63,147 nt of DNA, filler included, from Basidioascus undulatus (GCA_000826855.1; 7 parts of 7 records of this genome joined end to end with filler, not necessarily neighbours in it), one strand, 5' to 3'. Shown: positions 36,201-50,253, numbered from the whole stretch's first letter. Made by a program: numbers and translations. The notes: generated from the letters alone by a model not told the origin.

Positions 36201-39200
36201 CGAGGTTGCGAGGAAGGTCCGAGTTCCCGAGCGCCGCGAGCAGCGGATCCACAAGGCCCACCAACCAGCTCCTCATCTCCCGGGTCCTCCAGCCCCAGCT
36301 GCGCCTCTTCCCCACCCTCTCCTCTACCCTCACCTCCACCCTCCTCCGCGCCGACCCCAACTCCATCGCCTTCCGCTCGGTCCTAAAGGGCCTCCTCGAC
36401 GCCCTCCTCGACCTCGTCCACCCCTCCTTTGTCCCCGACTTCCCCTCCCTCCTTGACGCGTTCGTCCGCCTCTTCGGGACGGGCCCGGCAGACGCAGCCG
36501 CCCCACTCGCGGAACAGTACTGGGCGCAGGTGGAGAGTGATGAGGGGCGCAGCGCAGCGATCCTCGACGTCGTGCGCCAGCGCTGGCCGGCGGATTTCAC
36601 AGGGCTTGTCCGCCTCCTCCGCGCACTTACAGGAACAGGAGACGGCGTCACCCCCGCTCTAGACCCCACCTCCCCCTCCGCCGACGAACCCTCCCACCCC
36701 AGCGCCCGCGCATCCTCGGAGCGCGTATTCACACTCCTCCTCGCCCTCCCGACTTACACCGCCATCCTACCCTCCGGTACGCCCGTCGACGTCCGCTCCG
36801 AGCAGGCCGCGTCCGACGCGCCGCCCTCCCTCGCGCAGTACACGCGTAACCCGACGCGCCTTGCGGGGCTGTCCAGCCCCTTGGCGGCGGGCACGCGCGG
36901 GCGCGTACTCAGTCCGCCAGGGCAGGAGCCCGCGGTCGTCTGCTGGGAGACCGGCGAGGGAGTGCAGGGGTGGAAAGTCCTTGTTGGGGTGCTGGATGAT
37001 TGGGTGCGCGGTAAGAGCCGCGCTGCGGGGCGCAAGAGACCTCAGGCGGTCAGCGCCGATCCATTCGGTCCCACCGCCCTCGCCGACCCTGTGCCGCTCT
37101 TTCCGGAGGGGACGGAGCAGGAGGAGGAGCGTGCGGTCGCCGAGACCCTGCGCCTCATCGCCGCCGTCCTGGAGGGGAACCCGGACATGGCGCCCCTGCT
37201 AGTGGAGCACCTGCAGTCAAGAGACGACGGCGAGATAGCGGTTGACGGCGAAGAAGACGCGCTCGACCTCGTCACCATCCTCTTCGCGATCATCGAGCGG
37301 TCACTGCAGCGCCTCGCGTCCTCCGCACACGCACACGCACCAACCGCCAAACCCCCAGTCCTCCCCACCATCGTCGCATCCGCGCTCGCGATCCTCACCG
37401 CGCTCCTGCCGTCCTTCCCCGGGCGTGTGTGGACGTACCTCCGGGGCGCCTCCGCGCTCTTCGGGGACTCGCCCGGCCCGTCCCACACGACTTCCATCAG
37501 GCACGCCGCCGCGCCGTCCACCTCCCCGATCCTACTCGTCGAGCGGCAGGCAGGGCAGTACCCTATGCTGCTCGCGCTGCTGGACCTGCTGCTCGCGCTG
37601 CTGCGCGACGCGCAGCAGCGAACGTTCGCGGAGCGCCCGGACTTCCTCCGCCTCAAGGCGGACGTCCTCCTCCGAGTGAGTGCCTGGGCAATGAGCGAGG
37701 TGTGGACCGAGCACGCCGGGTGGCGGTACACGAATGTGCGGGACAAGCTCGATGTCGGCCTCCGCCTCTCGACGCTCTGGACCGAGATCGTCCGCGACCC
37801 GTCCCTGGCCGCCTCGCCCCAGTTCGGCACCCTCGCGGCATTCGTCGCGGACCGCCTCGCGAGCGGGGCGACGACCTTCACGCTCGCCCCGCTCGTATCG
37901 ACCATCGCGACGGGGGGCGACCTCGCGCTCCGCCTCGCCCGCGCGCGCCGCCTCATCGACGCACACCGCGCAGAGGCCCTCCTCGAGCGCGACCTCCAGC
38001 TTGCGCGGGAGCTCCTGGCGCTCCACCGGCGGACAGGGCACGGCAAGCCCAGCCTCCTCGAGCACCTGTTCTTCGACCGCGCGAACGCCGCGCACGGCGG
38101 GAAGCCCGGCAGGGAGGCGACGACGACCCCCCTTGGCGATAGCAAGCCTATCGAGCTCGTCGACGTCCTCGCTAGCTACGTCGTCTCCGCCAACGTCTCG
38201 CCCCAGATCTCGCTCGAAGCCGCGAGGCTGCTGACCAGCTTATGCGGCCTCACCGCCGTGTCTGGCGCATCGTCCACGCCCGCATCGCTGGCTGGGTTTT
38301 TTGCGGATCCGCATGGTGCGTTTCTCTTCCTTGGATTCCATCTTTGTCCCTCGTCCCTCGTATGCACGTTTCGCTGATGGGCTTGTGTGGACACCTCGCA
38401 GCTACCGCCGCGGGCATGATCGCGGTCGTCTCGAGCCCGTACCAGGACAACGACCTCCGGCGCGCCGTCTGGGATTTCTGCTCCGTCGTCGTCGACACCC
38501 AGCCGGGGCTCGCGACGCTTCTCCTCACGGGCCAGAGCGTCGGCACGGCGGTGAAGGAGATAATCAGGAAGCGGGAGAAGGTCCGTTGGCTTCTTGTTGT
38601 GCCAGAGGAGAGGTTTTTTTTTTAGATTTCGGGCTGATTTTGTGCTTGGTGGCTCGCGCAGGGCAAGGCGAAGGAGGGCGAGGGGGCGGGGCCCGAGTTG
38701 AAAAAGGCTGAGGAGGAACCGGCGCTCAAGAGGACGGTGCTGGACGTGTTGCAGGAGAACGTGACGATCTGGGTGCGTGTCAAAGGACCTATCGTCCTCC
38801 TCAGTTGCAGGGACATTGATTAGAACCCAATTCGTGTCACAGCGCGAGCTCTGGGACTCGAGCCCAACGCTACTGCAGGCCGTGCTGCGCTTCCTCGACG
38901 TCGTCTGGCAGCACCTCGACGACCACGCCTCGACGCTCTCCGACCTTCGCAAGAACCAATCCTTTTGGGACAGCATCGTCGGGCTCGCTCTGCGCCCCAC
39001 AGGCGACGCGCCCTCGCCCATCCAAAGCGGGCAGGACGAGCTCTCGATGCTTGAGGAGCCCGAGGACGAGGCAGGCTCGGCGCGGCACGATGCGCCCGAG
39101 GACCCGGCCGCGGACGTCATCGAGTACGCCAACAGGGTCATGAGCAAAGCGTTTGCCGCGCAGGTCCTCGCGCTCGAGCTGGCGTTCGTCTCCCGCCCTC

Positions 39201-41718
39201 AGCCGAGCGGCGGCGATCCGCCCCTCGCATCAAAGTCACCTTGCATCGAGCCGCTCCTCGCGCTCGCGCAGTCTCAGGACCGCCTGACGGAAACCGTCAA
39301 GGACGTGCTCGTCTGCTCGTGCGACACTGAGCTGCACGCCTCCGCGCACTCGGAGATCACGCTCGGCTTCCCCGGCTTCCAGCTCGAGGCGCTCCACACG
39401 TCCGCCGCGCCGCCGCAGGCGTCGAGCCTCGCGATCCTGTTCGAGACGAACCGCGAGTTCGGGCCGAACTACGTCTTCCCGACGGACCTGGTGCGGCGCA
39501 AGCTCGAGGGCTACCTCGCCAACGAGGGTATCGACGACTTCCTCGTCTCCATCACCACCCGCGTCATCGTCTCGGTCAACCTCGACTGGTCCATCGTCGA
39601 CGCGCAGATCTGCCAGACGCGCGCGTACAGGCGCATGCTCGAGCGGCTCTTGCCCCTCGCGACCGCGAACACGGACAGCGTGCGCGCTGCGGCGCTCGGC
39701 ACCGCGGCGGCTGTCGCGGAGGACATCGTTGGCGAGGAGCGCAGCGGGGAGATCATGACCGCCGTGCATGCTGAACGGCTCTACGTCCTCCTGCACCTGC
39801 TGGAGGCGACCGTCCCGCGCTCTACGGCCGGCGCGCCTCAGCCGCCGGCAACGGAGCCCATCGTCCGCCTGCTCGACCACGTCCAGCGCCTAATGGCGTC
39901 CAGCAACTTCTCCGTCCTCCAGTCCCTCCAGCGCCGCCTCCGGTCCTGCTTCCACCAGCCCCTCCTCCACATCGTCTTCCTCTCCGCCCGCCTCGCGCGT
40001 AGCCTCAAGCCCGAGCCGAAGCAGCAGCACGCGATCTCGAGCTCGGTCGGGACGAGCCTCGCGCACGTCATCCTCGTCATGGCAGACACGCTCGAGCGGG
40101 CGCGTACGACAGGCCCAGACGTCGAGCTCGACCTCGACCTCGAGCTGCTCGTCGCCGTCTTCCAGCAGCTCGTGCGCGTCCCGCACGGACCCGTCCCGTC
40201 GTACTGGCTGGCGCAGGCGGAGGCGGCAACCCTCATCCAGCTCAGCCTCGAGGTCCTCGTGCGCATGCCGCCCGTGCGCGCACCCGCAGAGGGCATCATC
40301 ATCGAGCAGCCCGCGGCGCGCCCGGCATACGCCCAAGCCATCCTCGACTTCCACCTCGTCCTCGCCAGCGTGCCTCAGGCGGCCGAACGCCTCGCACTCG
40401 AGGGCGTCGTCTCGACGTATCAGAGCACGGCGCTTGCTCAGGCAGCGGAGGAGGGCGCGATCGACGTCACCCACACGGAGTACCCCGGCCAGCGCAGCCC
40501 GTGGCACGCTGCGTGGTGCACCTCGCTCGCTGTCGTTTCGCGCTTGATCGAAGTCCTGAATGCGAGCAGCCAGTTCGTTGACGTTGAGATCGTCAGCTTG
40601 GTGAGTTTCCTAGCCCTCATAGTACCTGAAGGTTGTCCCTGTTTGCTGACGTATAGCACGTCCTTCCAGGTCCAACTGTTCGGGTCGCAACTTTCGCGCG
40701 CTCTCGCATGGTCCATAAACTCCTCGCTGTCGGTCCCGCTCCTCGAGGAGATCCACCACACCGTCGCGCTCTTCCTTGCCATCGCGAACGCAGCCGACCG
40801 CTCATTCGGCGCGCCGCATCCGCCCGACCACCCGACGTCCTTCATCCTCCGCGCGTTCACCGTCCGTGCCCTCCATCTCCTTCAGCAGCTCGCCGACGCA
40901 TTCCTGCACCCCAACCACCTCTCCACGCTCGTCGAGCCCGTAAACGTCTTCGAGCGGGCGAGACAGGAGGCGGACGAGCCGCCTCCGCCGCCGACCGGCC
41001 CGACAGCGACGACGGTCGAGGTCATCGACCCGGCTAAGCGCCCGTGGCTCGCGAGCATCGTGCAGAAACTGCTGGTTATTACGAGCGATCTTGCGAAGAC
41101 GCTGTCTATCGCGAACGGCGCGCACGTCGTCCTTGCTCGTGATGTCGGGGACTGGCCCAAGGATGCGGCGTTGCTTCGGCCGGTGAGTGTGCTGAAAATT
41201 TCCGCAGCCCACATGAAATAATTTGCTGACCGCGGATTCGCCGTCAGACCACCAACGTTTCCCTCAACGAGTCAGCCTCAATCGGCACCGCCATCGACCT
41301 CACCAACTACCTTATCGACTACATCCGCCGTCCCCCCGCACAACCGCCCAAGTCCGCACCGTTCTCGACGCGCGATCCTTCACTTCCGCCATACTCCGCG
41401 GACGAGGCGCACACGGCCGCACGCACAACGCTCGAGGCACTCGTGCTCTTCACGGCGTCCCAGATGGCGCTCTGGCTTGTCGTGTCTGCACCGCCGAGCC
41501 CGGATCTCGCGCTCGACGCCTCGCAGCGCAGTCGCAGGAGCTCTGTGGGCGCGGGAGCCAAGGTCCCGAGCTCGGAGCGCGTGAGGAGGGACATCAGCGG
41601 GGAACTGAGCGAGGACTTTGTGGATTTGCTGGGCAAGGCGACAAAGGCTGTGGGTGGGAAGGAGGGCGCACTATTTGGGCTGGTAAAGGTGTTTGTGCAA
41701 AGGGCGGTGTCGAAGTAG
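36201..41718 (+). CDS. NUP188: Nucleoporin Nup188, 5'-partial
   Basis: About 1700 aa of helical solenoid in long exons: RWPADFTGLVRLLRAL, ERQAGQYPMLLALLDL, EHAGWRY...DKLDVG, DTQPGLATLLLTG, REFGPNY, VNLDWSIVDAQ, AERLALEG, RSPWHAAWC, RRDISGELSEDF. Confidence 0.88.
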
Positions 41719-42103
41719 ATATTTGAGTAACATGTAGCATTTCTCGCATTATTACTTGCAACGATTTACAACGCGCTATGTCGAAGCTCCCCAATCGCGC
41801 TGCCTACACCCCGTTGCCTACGACCTCCGAGACGACCTTGCGGCTACTTCGTCCTGGTCATGGACCTCAAGACCGTCAAAGAAGAGCAGGCCCTTTTCGT
41901 CTGGTAAAAGCGGGTTGTAAGTCGAAATACAAGTCCGTTTGATACGGCAACCCATGGAACACGTCAAAGATATGTAGTATGTGAAAGTGATCGGTCACTA
42001 GTCAAGAAGTACAGTAAAGTCCAAGCAAATAGAGTATGCAGTAGCGTAGACCCGGACAATTGTGCAAGACCCCCGACACCGACGAAACTAAACGAAACCT
42101 CTT

Positions 42104-43426
42104 TCAACGCGCAGCGGCAGTCGATGTGGCCGAGAGCACAGTCTGCGCCGTTCCGGCGAGGGTGGACGAGGCTGCGATTGTCGCCTGCGCCGGCGGCGTG
42201 ATGGTGTTGTTCGCTGCTGGGACCGCCGGGCCGTCTGCAGCGGGGATGTTTGCGGCGGGGAGCGCGCCGATGTTCACGCCGACCTTCAGTTAAGCACAGT
42301 GAAGGCATTAGCGGCGAAAACTCAGTCCGAACACGCGTGGGAGTACGAACTGGGAAAGGCGACATCGGAATTGACTGCGGAATGCCATTCACCCCGCCGA
42401 TACCGACTCCGCGGCTGTTGACGCCGGGAAGCATGACGCCTTGGCCTTGTGCAATTTGCAGGCCGGTCTGGTTGCCGAGCAGGGTGCCGGTCTGGAAAGT
42501 CGAAGCTTGATCAGCTGCAATGTCTTCCAACTTCAGCAGAAATGAGACGGCGCACCGATTGTGCAACGAGGTTGCTGAGGGAAATAGCGTACGCTCAATC
42601 AACATATAACGTGTAATTTGGAAGAAACACCCGAGCCCAGCTATGTCAGCATTGCTGAGTAAAAGAGGCACCATCAGTCAACACTTGAAGTGCAACTTCA
42701 TCGGGAGGAGAGCGGATTTGAGCTGCTGCTGAGTCACCTCGATGGCGGTCGCGAGCTGCGCGTTCGGGATGGCGATCGATTGTTGAGCGGCGAGCAGTAG
42801 TTGTCGCGTGAGGGCGACGTTCTGGCTTTTGACGACGACGCTACAGACCAAAGAACCGGCATAGGGAAACCGGATCAAGGTTCGGGAGGCGCACTCTTGG
42901 AAGTTCGGCTGGACGCCAGAGACGAAGTTGACGAAGACGGAAGGCACGCTCAGTTGACGCATCGAGCTGTTTGAAAGCCAAGTCCTGCACCTGCGTGACG
43001 CGCTGGTCAAGCACGATCGCGTAGCTGAGAGACTGCTGCATTTGAACGAAGATTTGCCCGAGCGTATTGATGTTGCTGCAAGAAAGAGTCAATATAAGCG
43101 GTGCTCTCCTCCTAGTCACAACAACGGGGAACCACGCACCCCGTGGCCTGCGCAAGCTGGCCTATGGTGTTCAAGCCGAGGCCGGCCTGTTGAAGGCTCA
43201 GCAGGCCTTGCTGAAGCCCTTGCCTACCAACGACAGCCGGGGTGTGACAGTCATACGACAGTGCGCAGTGTGTGAGTTGCGAAAGTACGGACCCGTTCAG
43301 AACCCAGACCCCGCTAATGACCTGGCCGTTGATCACCTGGCCGTAGATCACTTGGCCGCCGACCTGCGGCGCGGGTGCGGACGAGACGAAGGGGAGGGCG
43401 CGAAGGCAGCGAGAAACGTGCTGCAT
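42104..43426 (-). pseudogene. Secreted Gln-rich helical protein with Ala/Pro/Thr tail (UVI-1/HsbA-like?), frameshifted
   Basis: Signal-like FLAAFA/LPFVSSAPAPQ split over two frames, GQVI repeats, exons NINTLGQIFVQMQQSL, SVFVNFVSGVQPNFQE, VVVKSQNVALTRQ, tail ...ATSTAAAR*. Frameshifts near 43400 and 42955. Confidence 0.5.
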
Positions 43427-44415
43427 CGTGTCGTCGACAGTGAGAGAGTGCGCTGGTGTCGTCGTCGAATTCTTTCCGGGGACACGCCAGGACGTGCTCG
43501 ATCGAGTGAAGGGTGAGGAAATGAGGATGTGCAGGATAAGCCGGTCGAAAGTATCAGTAACTCAGCGGCCGGCGCGAGGGAGCGAAACGAGACAAAGCGC
43601 GCTGGAACCATCGCCAGCGTCAGCGCTCCGTTCCATCTATCGACGTGAAGCTGCAAGACGTACAAGATTAAAGATAGATAATCAGCGCAGCTGAGCAGGG
43701 GACGATGGAAAGAAATTGAAGAGGGAAGGCGGGACAAAACAAAGACTAGCGAACGGACGAAAGCAGAGCCTTGGGGCGCAAACTGCTCCTTGACAACCGC
43801 CGTTCTCGCTTGCTCGAGAGCCCAAGCGAACAAGGCGACGTCTTGTTCCTGTAAGGCAGGGATTAAGGGTCAATCGTGAGACAGCGGCAGATGGGAGCAT
43901 ATCTTCAGCGGCAGGTACGCTGCCAAGAGGCGGTGAGCAGCATCAGCATCGTATACAGTGAGCGGAGAAGCTTGCACGCACGAGGAGGCGTGGGTGGTAG
44001 GAATAGGGAAGATGCAGGATGAGGGAAGGGAGCCGTTGAAGGACGAGGGTCTGCAGAATGTGCGCGGGGTCGGAGAAGGGTGCGAGGACCAACACACGCA
44101 GTAACAGTGAGCGGCGTCGCACCGGGAGTGAGCAGAGAAGCGTGCGTGAGGTAGCGCTTTTATTGTATGCAAGCCCTGGAGGAGAAATAGCGTAGTAGAA
44201 CACAAGATGAACAGAAATCACAGCAGCGCAGAGGTAGGGGAGGGAAGCAAGCAGGGAGAGAAAGTAAAGTGTGATGAGTCGTCTCGTCGTCCGGGCGTCT
44301 TCTCTCTCCGCCACTCCTCACCCTCCCACCCTCAATCCAGACCCTTGCAACCTCACCAACCCATCTGAGCGCTCATCTCGCCCAACCCTCCCTCCTCATT
44401 CAGTCCTTCTTTCAT

Positions 44416-45128
44416 TCAAGCGTCTTCCACCTTGACTTCCCCGACCTTCTCCGCAACCTTCTCGACCTGCTCGTCCGCAGCCTCCTCCTCGTTCTTCTCC
44501 TCGTCCTCCGTCCGCTTGCCGCCCGCAGCAGCGGCAAAGCTGAACCCTACGCTGGCCTTGCGGACCGGGGGCGCGGCGCCGGTGGACGGCTTGCGCTGGG
44601 GCTGCGCGCGCGGGCCAGTGGGGATGGGCTTGCCGTCGCCCGAGACAGACGTGGGCGAGGACGCCGCAGCCTTGGCCTTATCCGCCTTCTCCTTCTCCTC
44701 CGCCTCGCGTGCGCGCCGCGCAGCGACCTCCTCCTCGCGCGCCGCGGTGTTCACTGCGCGCGCTGCGCCGAAGGGGGACGCTTTGCTAGAGGCGGGGGGG
44801 GAGGCGGAGGGGGAGGCAGTCGCGGAGGGGGTGTTCGACCGGGCGGCGAGCTCGAGCTTCTTGCGCTGAGGGGGGCCGGACGGCTCTGCAAGAACGCGAC
44901 GCTGTCAGTCAGCTTGCCTGGCTTTGTGAGTCTCGATTACAAGCAGAGAAAAAACGCACCAGAACCCGCGGGGTTCTTTCGGGGGGCAGACCGCCAATCG
45001 GTCGGCTCGTCCGCGGGCGCAGGCGAGTCCGCCCCGCCGCCCCGCCTGAAGCCCGCACCGAAGCCCTTCCGCTGCTCCCTCTCCTCCACCGCAGGCGCAG
45101 GCTGGAACTTGCTCCCCTTCGACCCCGT
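44416..45128 (-). CDS. TIF3: Translation initiation factor eIF4B, C-terminal part (5'-partial)
   Basis: ADEPTDWRS, QRKKLELAARS, KASPFGAARAVNTAAREEE, GFSFAAAAG, typical of fungal eIF4B C-termini. Confidence 0.85.
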
Positions 45129-45228
45129 NNNNNNNNNNNNNNNNNNNNNNNNNNNNNNNNNNNNNNNNNNNNTTAATTAATTAANNNNNNNNNNNNNNNN
45201 NNNNNNNNNNNNNNNNNNNNNNNNNNNN
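45129..45228. other. Artificial contig spacer
   Basis: Same 100-nt linker. Confidence 0.98.
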
Positions 45229-45623
45229 CTGCTGCGCCCGACGACGGCTCAAAATCCACCTCCTCCCGCTCCTCCTCCATCTCCTCCTCCTCCACCTCCA
45301 CCGCCCCCGCCGCGGCAGCAGCGGCGCGCAGGAACCCGCACTTCCGCGAGAGCCTCCCCCCCAAGCTTAACCACAGCGCCCACTCGGCATGGGCAACGCC
45401 AACGCCTGCGGACCTCGAGGGCGGGAGCGAGGACAGGGAGGAGACGGCGGTGGCGGACCAGGGAAGCGAGACAGAGGTGAAGGACCGGAGCGGGCGGTAC
45501 GTCCATGCGCGAAGGGCGCCGCTCGATGAGCGGTTGCAACCTACGAGGAGAGTCAGTAAGGCGGGGTTGGAGAGCGGGCTGGCGTTTAGCAGTTGGGGAG
45601 GGAATGGGAAGGGCGGTGGGTGA
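45229..45623 (+). CDS. 3' end of an unidentified low-complexity protein
   Basis: Open frame AAPDDGSKSTSSRSSS...RRAPLDERLQPTRRVSKAG...GGG* from the contig start, followed by UTR-like T-rich sequence. Confidence 0.5.
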
Positions 45624-47179
45624 GGTGAGCAGAGAGAGGAGGAGGTATGGTGTACAGTGCACCTTTGCTTCTTCGTTCTGGGGTTTTTTTTTTCTGTGTC
45701 GCATTCGCATGGATTTGCATTCTTTGCGTTGGTGAGCTGCGTGGGCGCTTTGGTTGAACACGAACACACGCTGTTTTGAATGTCGGTTCCCCGCACGCCT
45801 TTTTATGCCTACTGCTGAGAGAGGAAAGGGAAGCCCACGACAGACAGTATCAGGGTTGCTTGTGCACGAGTCTTGGACAGTTAAGAGAAGGACATCCAAC
45901 GCCGAGTCGGAAGGAGCTGTACAAAGCTGCAGGTCCTCAGTTGGGCTGTGCTGTGATTCGAAGGAACCTGACTGTGGGTGGCTCTCAGATCCAACTCGCG
46001 TCACGGTGTCCGCAAACGGCATCGCATGGCAAGCATTCAGGCAGGCCTGTAAGTGTGCTTCGGAAACTTGACATTAAGGAGGATGTTGCCGTGTCGGTAG
46101 GCGAGGAAACGTACTACGGTTGTTCGACATCCTGCACTCACGCTGGACGGCCTTTCCGAACCTCCATCTAGCAATTTCCCATACCTCGAGCCTCCGGTGA
46201 GAAATCCAGCAGGACTTTGCGTAACTGTGGAACAGTATCCTTCTGACGCTGTCGAGGCTTGCATTGAAGGCAGGCCCTCGCCTGAGGGTTCATCGTTTCG
46301 CAATGCATGTGGACCGCATGTTCAGCCAGCTCGTCCCATTCTCTTTCTCGGGTCAGTCCACCACTAAAAGCGAACTCCCTTCCTGCCCCGTAACTCTATA
46401 CCCTCCTCACTCAGGAAGCCTTCGAGCGCGCGCAGGCAACTCAGCTTGCTCAAAGTGTATTACGCCTCACGCCTGAACGTCTCCTCGGCCAGCACCACAG
46501 CGCCAAGGCGCGGCACTCGAATTCTTAGAGGATGGCTTAGAAACACCCGGCGAAGTTCGAACTCGATATCTCCTTCGAAGTGGATGAGCCCTGCGGACCC
46601 TGCATCATGATGCCCAGGTTGAGCGAAGTACCACGACCTTTCCCGACACTATAGTATGAAGCGTATAAATCGGCATTAGGAGAAGTGAGGAAGGCAGCGA
46701 AGAACCTCAAAGAAAGCGGTAGCAGCGCCCTTGCAAGCGAAATGTGAAGAGGAAGGGAAGCCATGCACGATTGACGAGCACGGTGGTTTGAAATGAAGCG
46801 TGAGAGGACGACGCCGCGATTGTATAAAACCCAGCAGTAAGCACTGCGAGCCGAGCGAAGCGAAGGTCTGCTGTTCAAATGCAGATCAAATGCAGATCAA
46901 ATGCCGATCAACTGAGGCGGGCATCTACCTGAGCGCCCGCGAATCCCAGCGGAAAGCTCGACATCCTTCGACGTTTGTCGAAACACAGCAGCAGATGAGC
47001 AACACCGTACTCCGCACCCCAAGATCGCAACCGAAGGGGCTCATCATCAGTCAATGCTTGTCATAACGCAACAGCAGGCCATTAGCAGCGAAAGTTCCCA
47101 AGCCATGAACGTTCTTCTCGTCCCCAAACGTCCATTGTCCGAAAAATCCTAACCGCCTTCCCACCGAGCGAACATGCAT

Positions 47180-48273
47180 CTACCGCTTCTTCCCCCTCGC
47201 CAACGCCTGCGCGCGCGCCTTCGTCTCAGCCGCTTTAGCTGTGCACCCGCACCCACGCGTCAGCTACTGTCCCGCCGTGGATCTGCCATGTTCAACACTG
47301 CGCACCTTCCGCTTCGGCCTAGGAGGAAGTAATGATGCGTCAGGGAAGACGAAGACGCAGACGGGAGCGGGAGGGAAGAACGCACCTTCCGCTGCGCTGC
47401 GGCTTCCTCGCGCTCTTTGCGGATTTGCGCGAGGCGCGCAAGGTCCGCCTTGGCTTGGTCGGTCTTGCCGGCTGTCGAAACGCGACGGATAAGCCAGACT
47501 AAGCATGCTGGTGGAGCGAAGGAACGGGGTAGACAGAGGAAGGTGCAGCGTACCGACATGCAACTTCCAGTACCGTTCCTCCCTCGCCTTCTTCTCCGCT
47601 GCCTCCCTGCCCTCCCCTCCTGCATCAGTCCCATCCCCACCTGCCCACAACCTTTCACGCACCTCTCCCTCCTACTCAGCTCCCTCGGCGCCTTGACCAA
47701 ATCCGCCGCCTTCAAGTTCTTCGCCCCCGCGCGGTTCGGGTTGCCCGGCGCCCCATCCTCCTCCTCCTCTTCCTCGTCCAACGTGGGCGGGAGCTCCCCC
47801 GGTGCGCCCGTCCGCCCCGCGGCGCCTGGCGCCTTCTTCTTCGCCGCCTTGCGCTCGGAGCGCGTTTGCGCGATGGACTTGGAGGGCGAGTCGGAGGCGG
47901 AGTATGAGGCCGTCGTGGTCGTGCTCGCGAAGTGGACGGCGCCGGAGCCGGTGGGCGCCTCGTCTGAGGATTCTTCCGACGAGGAACTCCCGTCTTCGGA
48001 AGAGGACTCCTCGTCAGATTCGGAGTCCGGCTTGTCGCGCCTGTCGATGGGACGGTTCCTATAAGCCGCCTAGCTTCACGAAAGAGAGATTTGGACGCAC
48101 CACCCATTCCCGCCCTCCTCCGCCTCTGGCGCTCCAAGATTGCGAGTGAAGTGGCGGCCTCCTGCAATTGCCGACGACCAAGGGTGAGCACGAACAAGCA
48201 CACGATGAGACGACTGCACAGGCTGCTCACCGCCGCGTCTGGCTTTGCCAAATTTCCCGGCGCCGCGAGCCAT
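47180..48273 (-). CDS. PDAP1: 28 kDa heat- and acid-stable phosphoprotein (PP28 family)
   Basis: MARGAGKFGKARRG|GGRHF, acidic tract, GNPNR, ELSRRER|EAAEKKAREERYWKLH|..GKTDQAKADLARLAQIRKEREEAA. Confidence 0.93.
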
Positions 48274-49237
48274 GGTGTGTTGCTGTAGTGTGTCGGGGAG
48301 CTGAAAATGGGGAAAGAGATGAAAAGTCGAGTCACAAGAAGAGGTTGAGTCGCGGGCTGTCAGGTTGGAACGAGAGATGTGGGCGTGGGAATTTGGGGGA
48401 TGAGTGCTGCTGGGTGGGTTAGACGCCAAAGAATAACTGCAATTACGAATGGGCTGTCGTCCTGTTGAGCCCTTTCGAAAGGGCCGGGTGTACAAAGAAT
48501 TTCAGTAAACTTGGCCCGCAGGTGATGAGAACCCCTCTTGTAATAGGAACGGACATTGGCTTGGTAGTCTGGTGCATGCCTTCTCCCGGATCTGCCAGTT
48601 GCTTTCGAGCAGGCGAAAGTATGCGCGTCAACAGTTGTATGCAGGTACACGCATGTTTGAGGAACAGTGTCTGCACTCTCATACTGTGTCTCTACAATGA
48701 TACAGCGGACCAACTAGGTCTACCGAGAAGGAGGAAGAAGGTTCACAGTCCATTGCAGTCTTCACAGGTGGCAGTTGAAAGGGGATGAGATACGCTGACG
48801 TCAAGCAAGGCTTAGCAACGAAACTTGCGAAAGAAGAAACTTATTATTTCAGGCAGTAAGAAGGCAAAGCTGCTTGCGTCGGCAGGGCGTGAGATGCAGC
48901 CGTTCAAAGCCGTTGGTGCAGCCACCCATCCTGCTCTGACACGCCCGAGGCGTTGAAAGGGCAAAGAAAATAAAAAAGGAATATTAAGAAATGTTTGATA
49001 GGAGCTCTTAAAGCTATCATCTCAGCGAATGTCAATGATGCTTCCCCCTTCTCCTGCCGCAGAACTTCGCCTGCCTATGCCAGTCCTGAAACTATAAGTC
49101 TGCGCTCGATTAGTGATATAGTGCATCATGATCCAAGTGGATGTCCTCCCTTTGCTAGTTATCAAATATCCGAAAGTGTCGCTTCGTCAGGCCTCGTCTC
49201 CATCGTTTTCTCTCTTCCCGCCCCAGTTCCACCATCC

Positions 49238-50253
49238 TCACTCGATCCACCCTTCCGCGCGCATCCCGACCCTCCCGTCCTGCTCCGCCCAAAGCAGCGC
49301 CCTCCTCCCCTCCCCCTTCCCCTCCGCATCCACCCACGCCCCGCAAAACCGCATCTCGCGCTCGACCAGCATCGGACTCGTCGCGCGGTACTCGAACCTG
49401 CTCACCCTCCCGCCCTGCTGCCCGAGCAGCTCGACGAGGAGGAGCGCGGTGAGCGGGCCGTGGACGAGGCAGTCTGCGTGGCCCTCGGTGGATTGGGAAA
49501 AGTGCGTGTCGTAGTGGATCCGGTGCGCGTTGAACGTTAGTGCCGAGAAGCGGAAGAGCAGCGCGCGAGAGGGCGTGTGCGTGAATGTGAACTGGGGGGT
49601 GGGGAGGGAGAGGGATTGTTCTGAAGGGTTGAATTGGGGAGGTGGTATGTTCAGCCTTGGGGACCTGGGGGGATAAGACGCTACGCACTCTTGGAAGGCC
49701 GCGCCAGTTCCTCTGGTGTCGGCGGGGGGCGGAACACATGCGTCCTCCGCTCCCTCACCGCCACATCCTCACTCCCCTTCTCTCTCAGCTCCCTCAGCTG
49801 CTTTACAAACACCATCCCCGCCTTAACATCGACCTCCTCGACCCTGACGCTCTCCTCCACGTCCCTTCCGACCCTAATCTCCGCGCCCTTAGGCCACTCG
49901 AACGACCCGCCCGCCCACATCCGGCGCGTATACGGCGCCGGCGCGTTGTACTCGAGGTTCGTCCCGTCCGCGCCGAGCGCGGGCTCGGGCGCGAGCGGCG
50001 GGAAGAGGATGAGGCTGTGCCCCGGCGGGAAGGGGGAGGAGAGGGCGGGCGCGGGGGAGGATAGACGCGTGGGGAGCGTGTGGTGCAGCTGCAGAGCGCG
50101 CAAGGGGGTGAGCGTGTCGGTGTGCGCTATGGGCGCGCGGAAGGTCAGGGAGTGCGCCCAGGAGGAGAGCGCGTCGGAGGGAGAGGGAGTGGAGGAGAAG
50201 GTGCGCGTGAGGGCGCGCGTGGGGAGGGGGAGACGGCGCGTGAGGAGGAGCAT
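49238..50253 (-). CDS. HTD2: Mitochondrial hydroxyacyl-thioester dehydratase (Htd2 / mesaconyl-CoA hydratase-like), 2 exons
   Basis: Arg-rich presequence, PPGHSLILF, LGADGT, RRMWAGG, ERRTHVF, LLFRFSALTFNAHRIHYD, LVHGPL, FEYRATSP. Confidence 0.9.

Noticed and set aside
28560..41718. Apparent nuclear pore gene cluster (Nup1-like plus NUP188)
   Set aside because: The two genes lie on different contigs separated by an artificial spacer
43870..44314. Hydrophobic minus-strand ORFs downstream of eIF4B
   Set aside because: CT-rich 3' UTR sequence translates to spurious Leu/Ser/Phe-rich peptides
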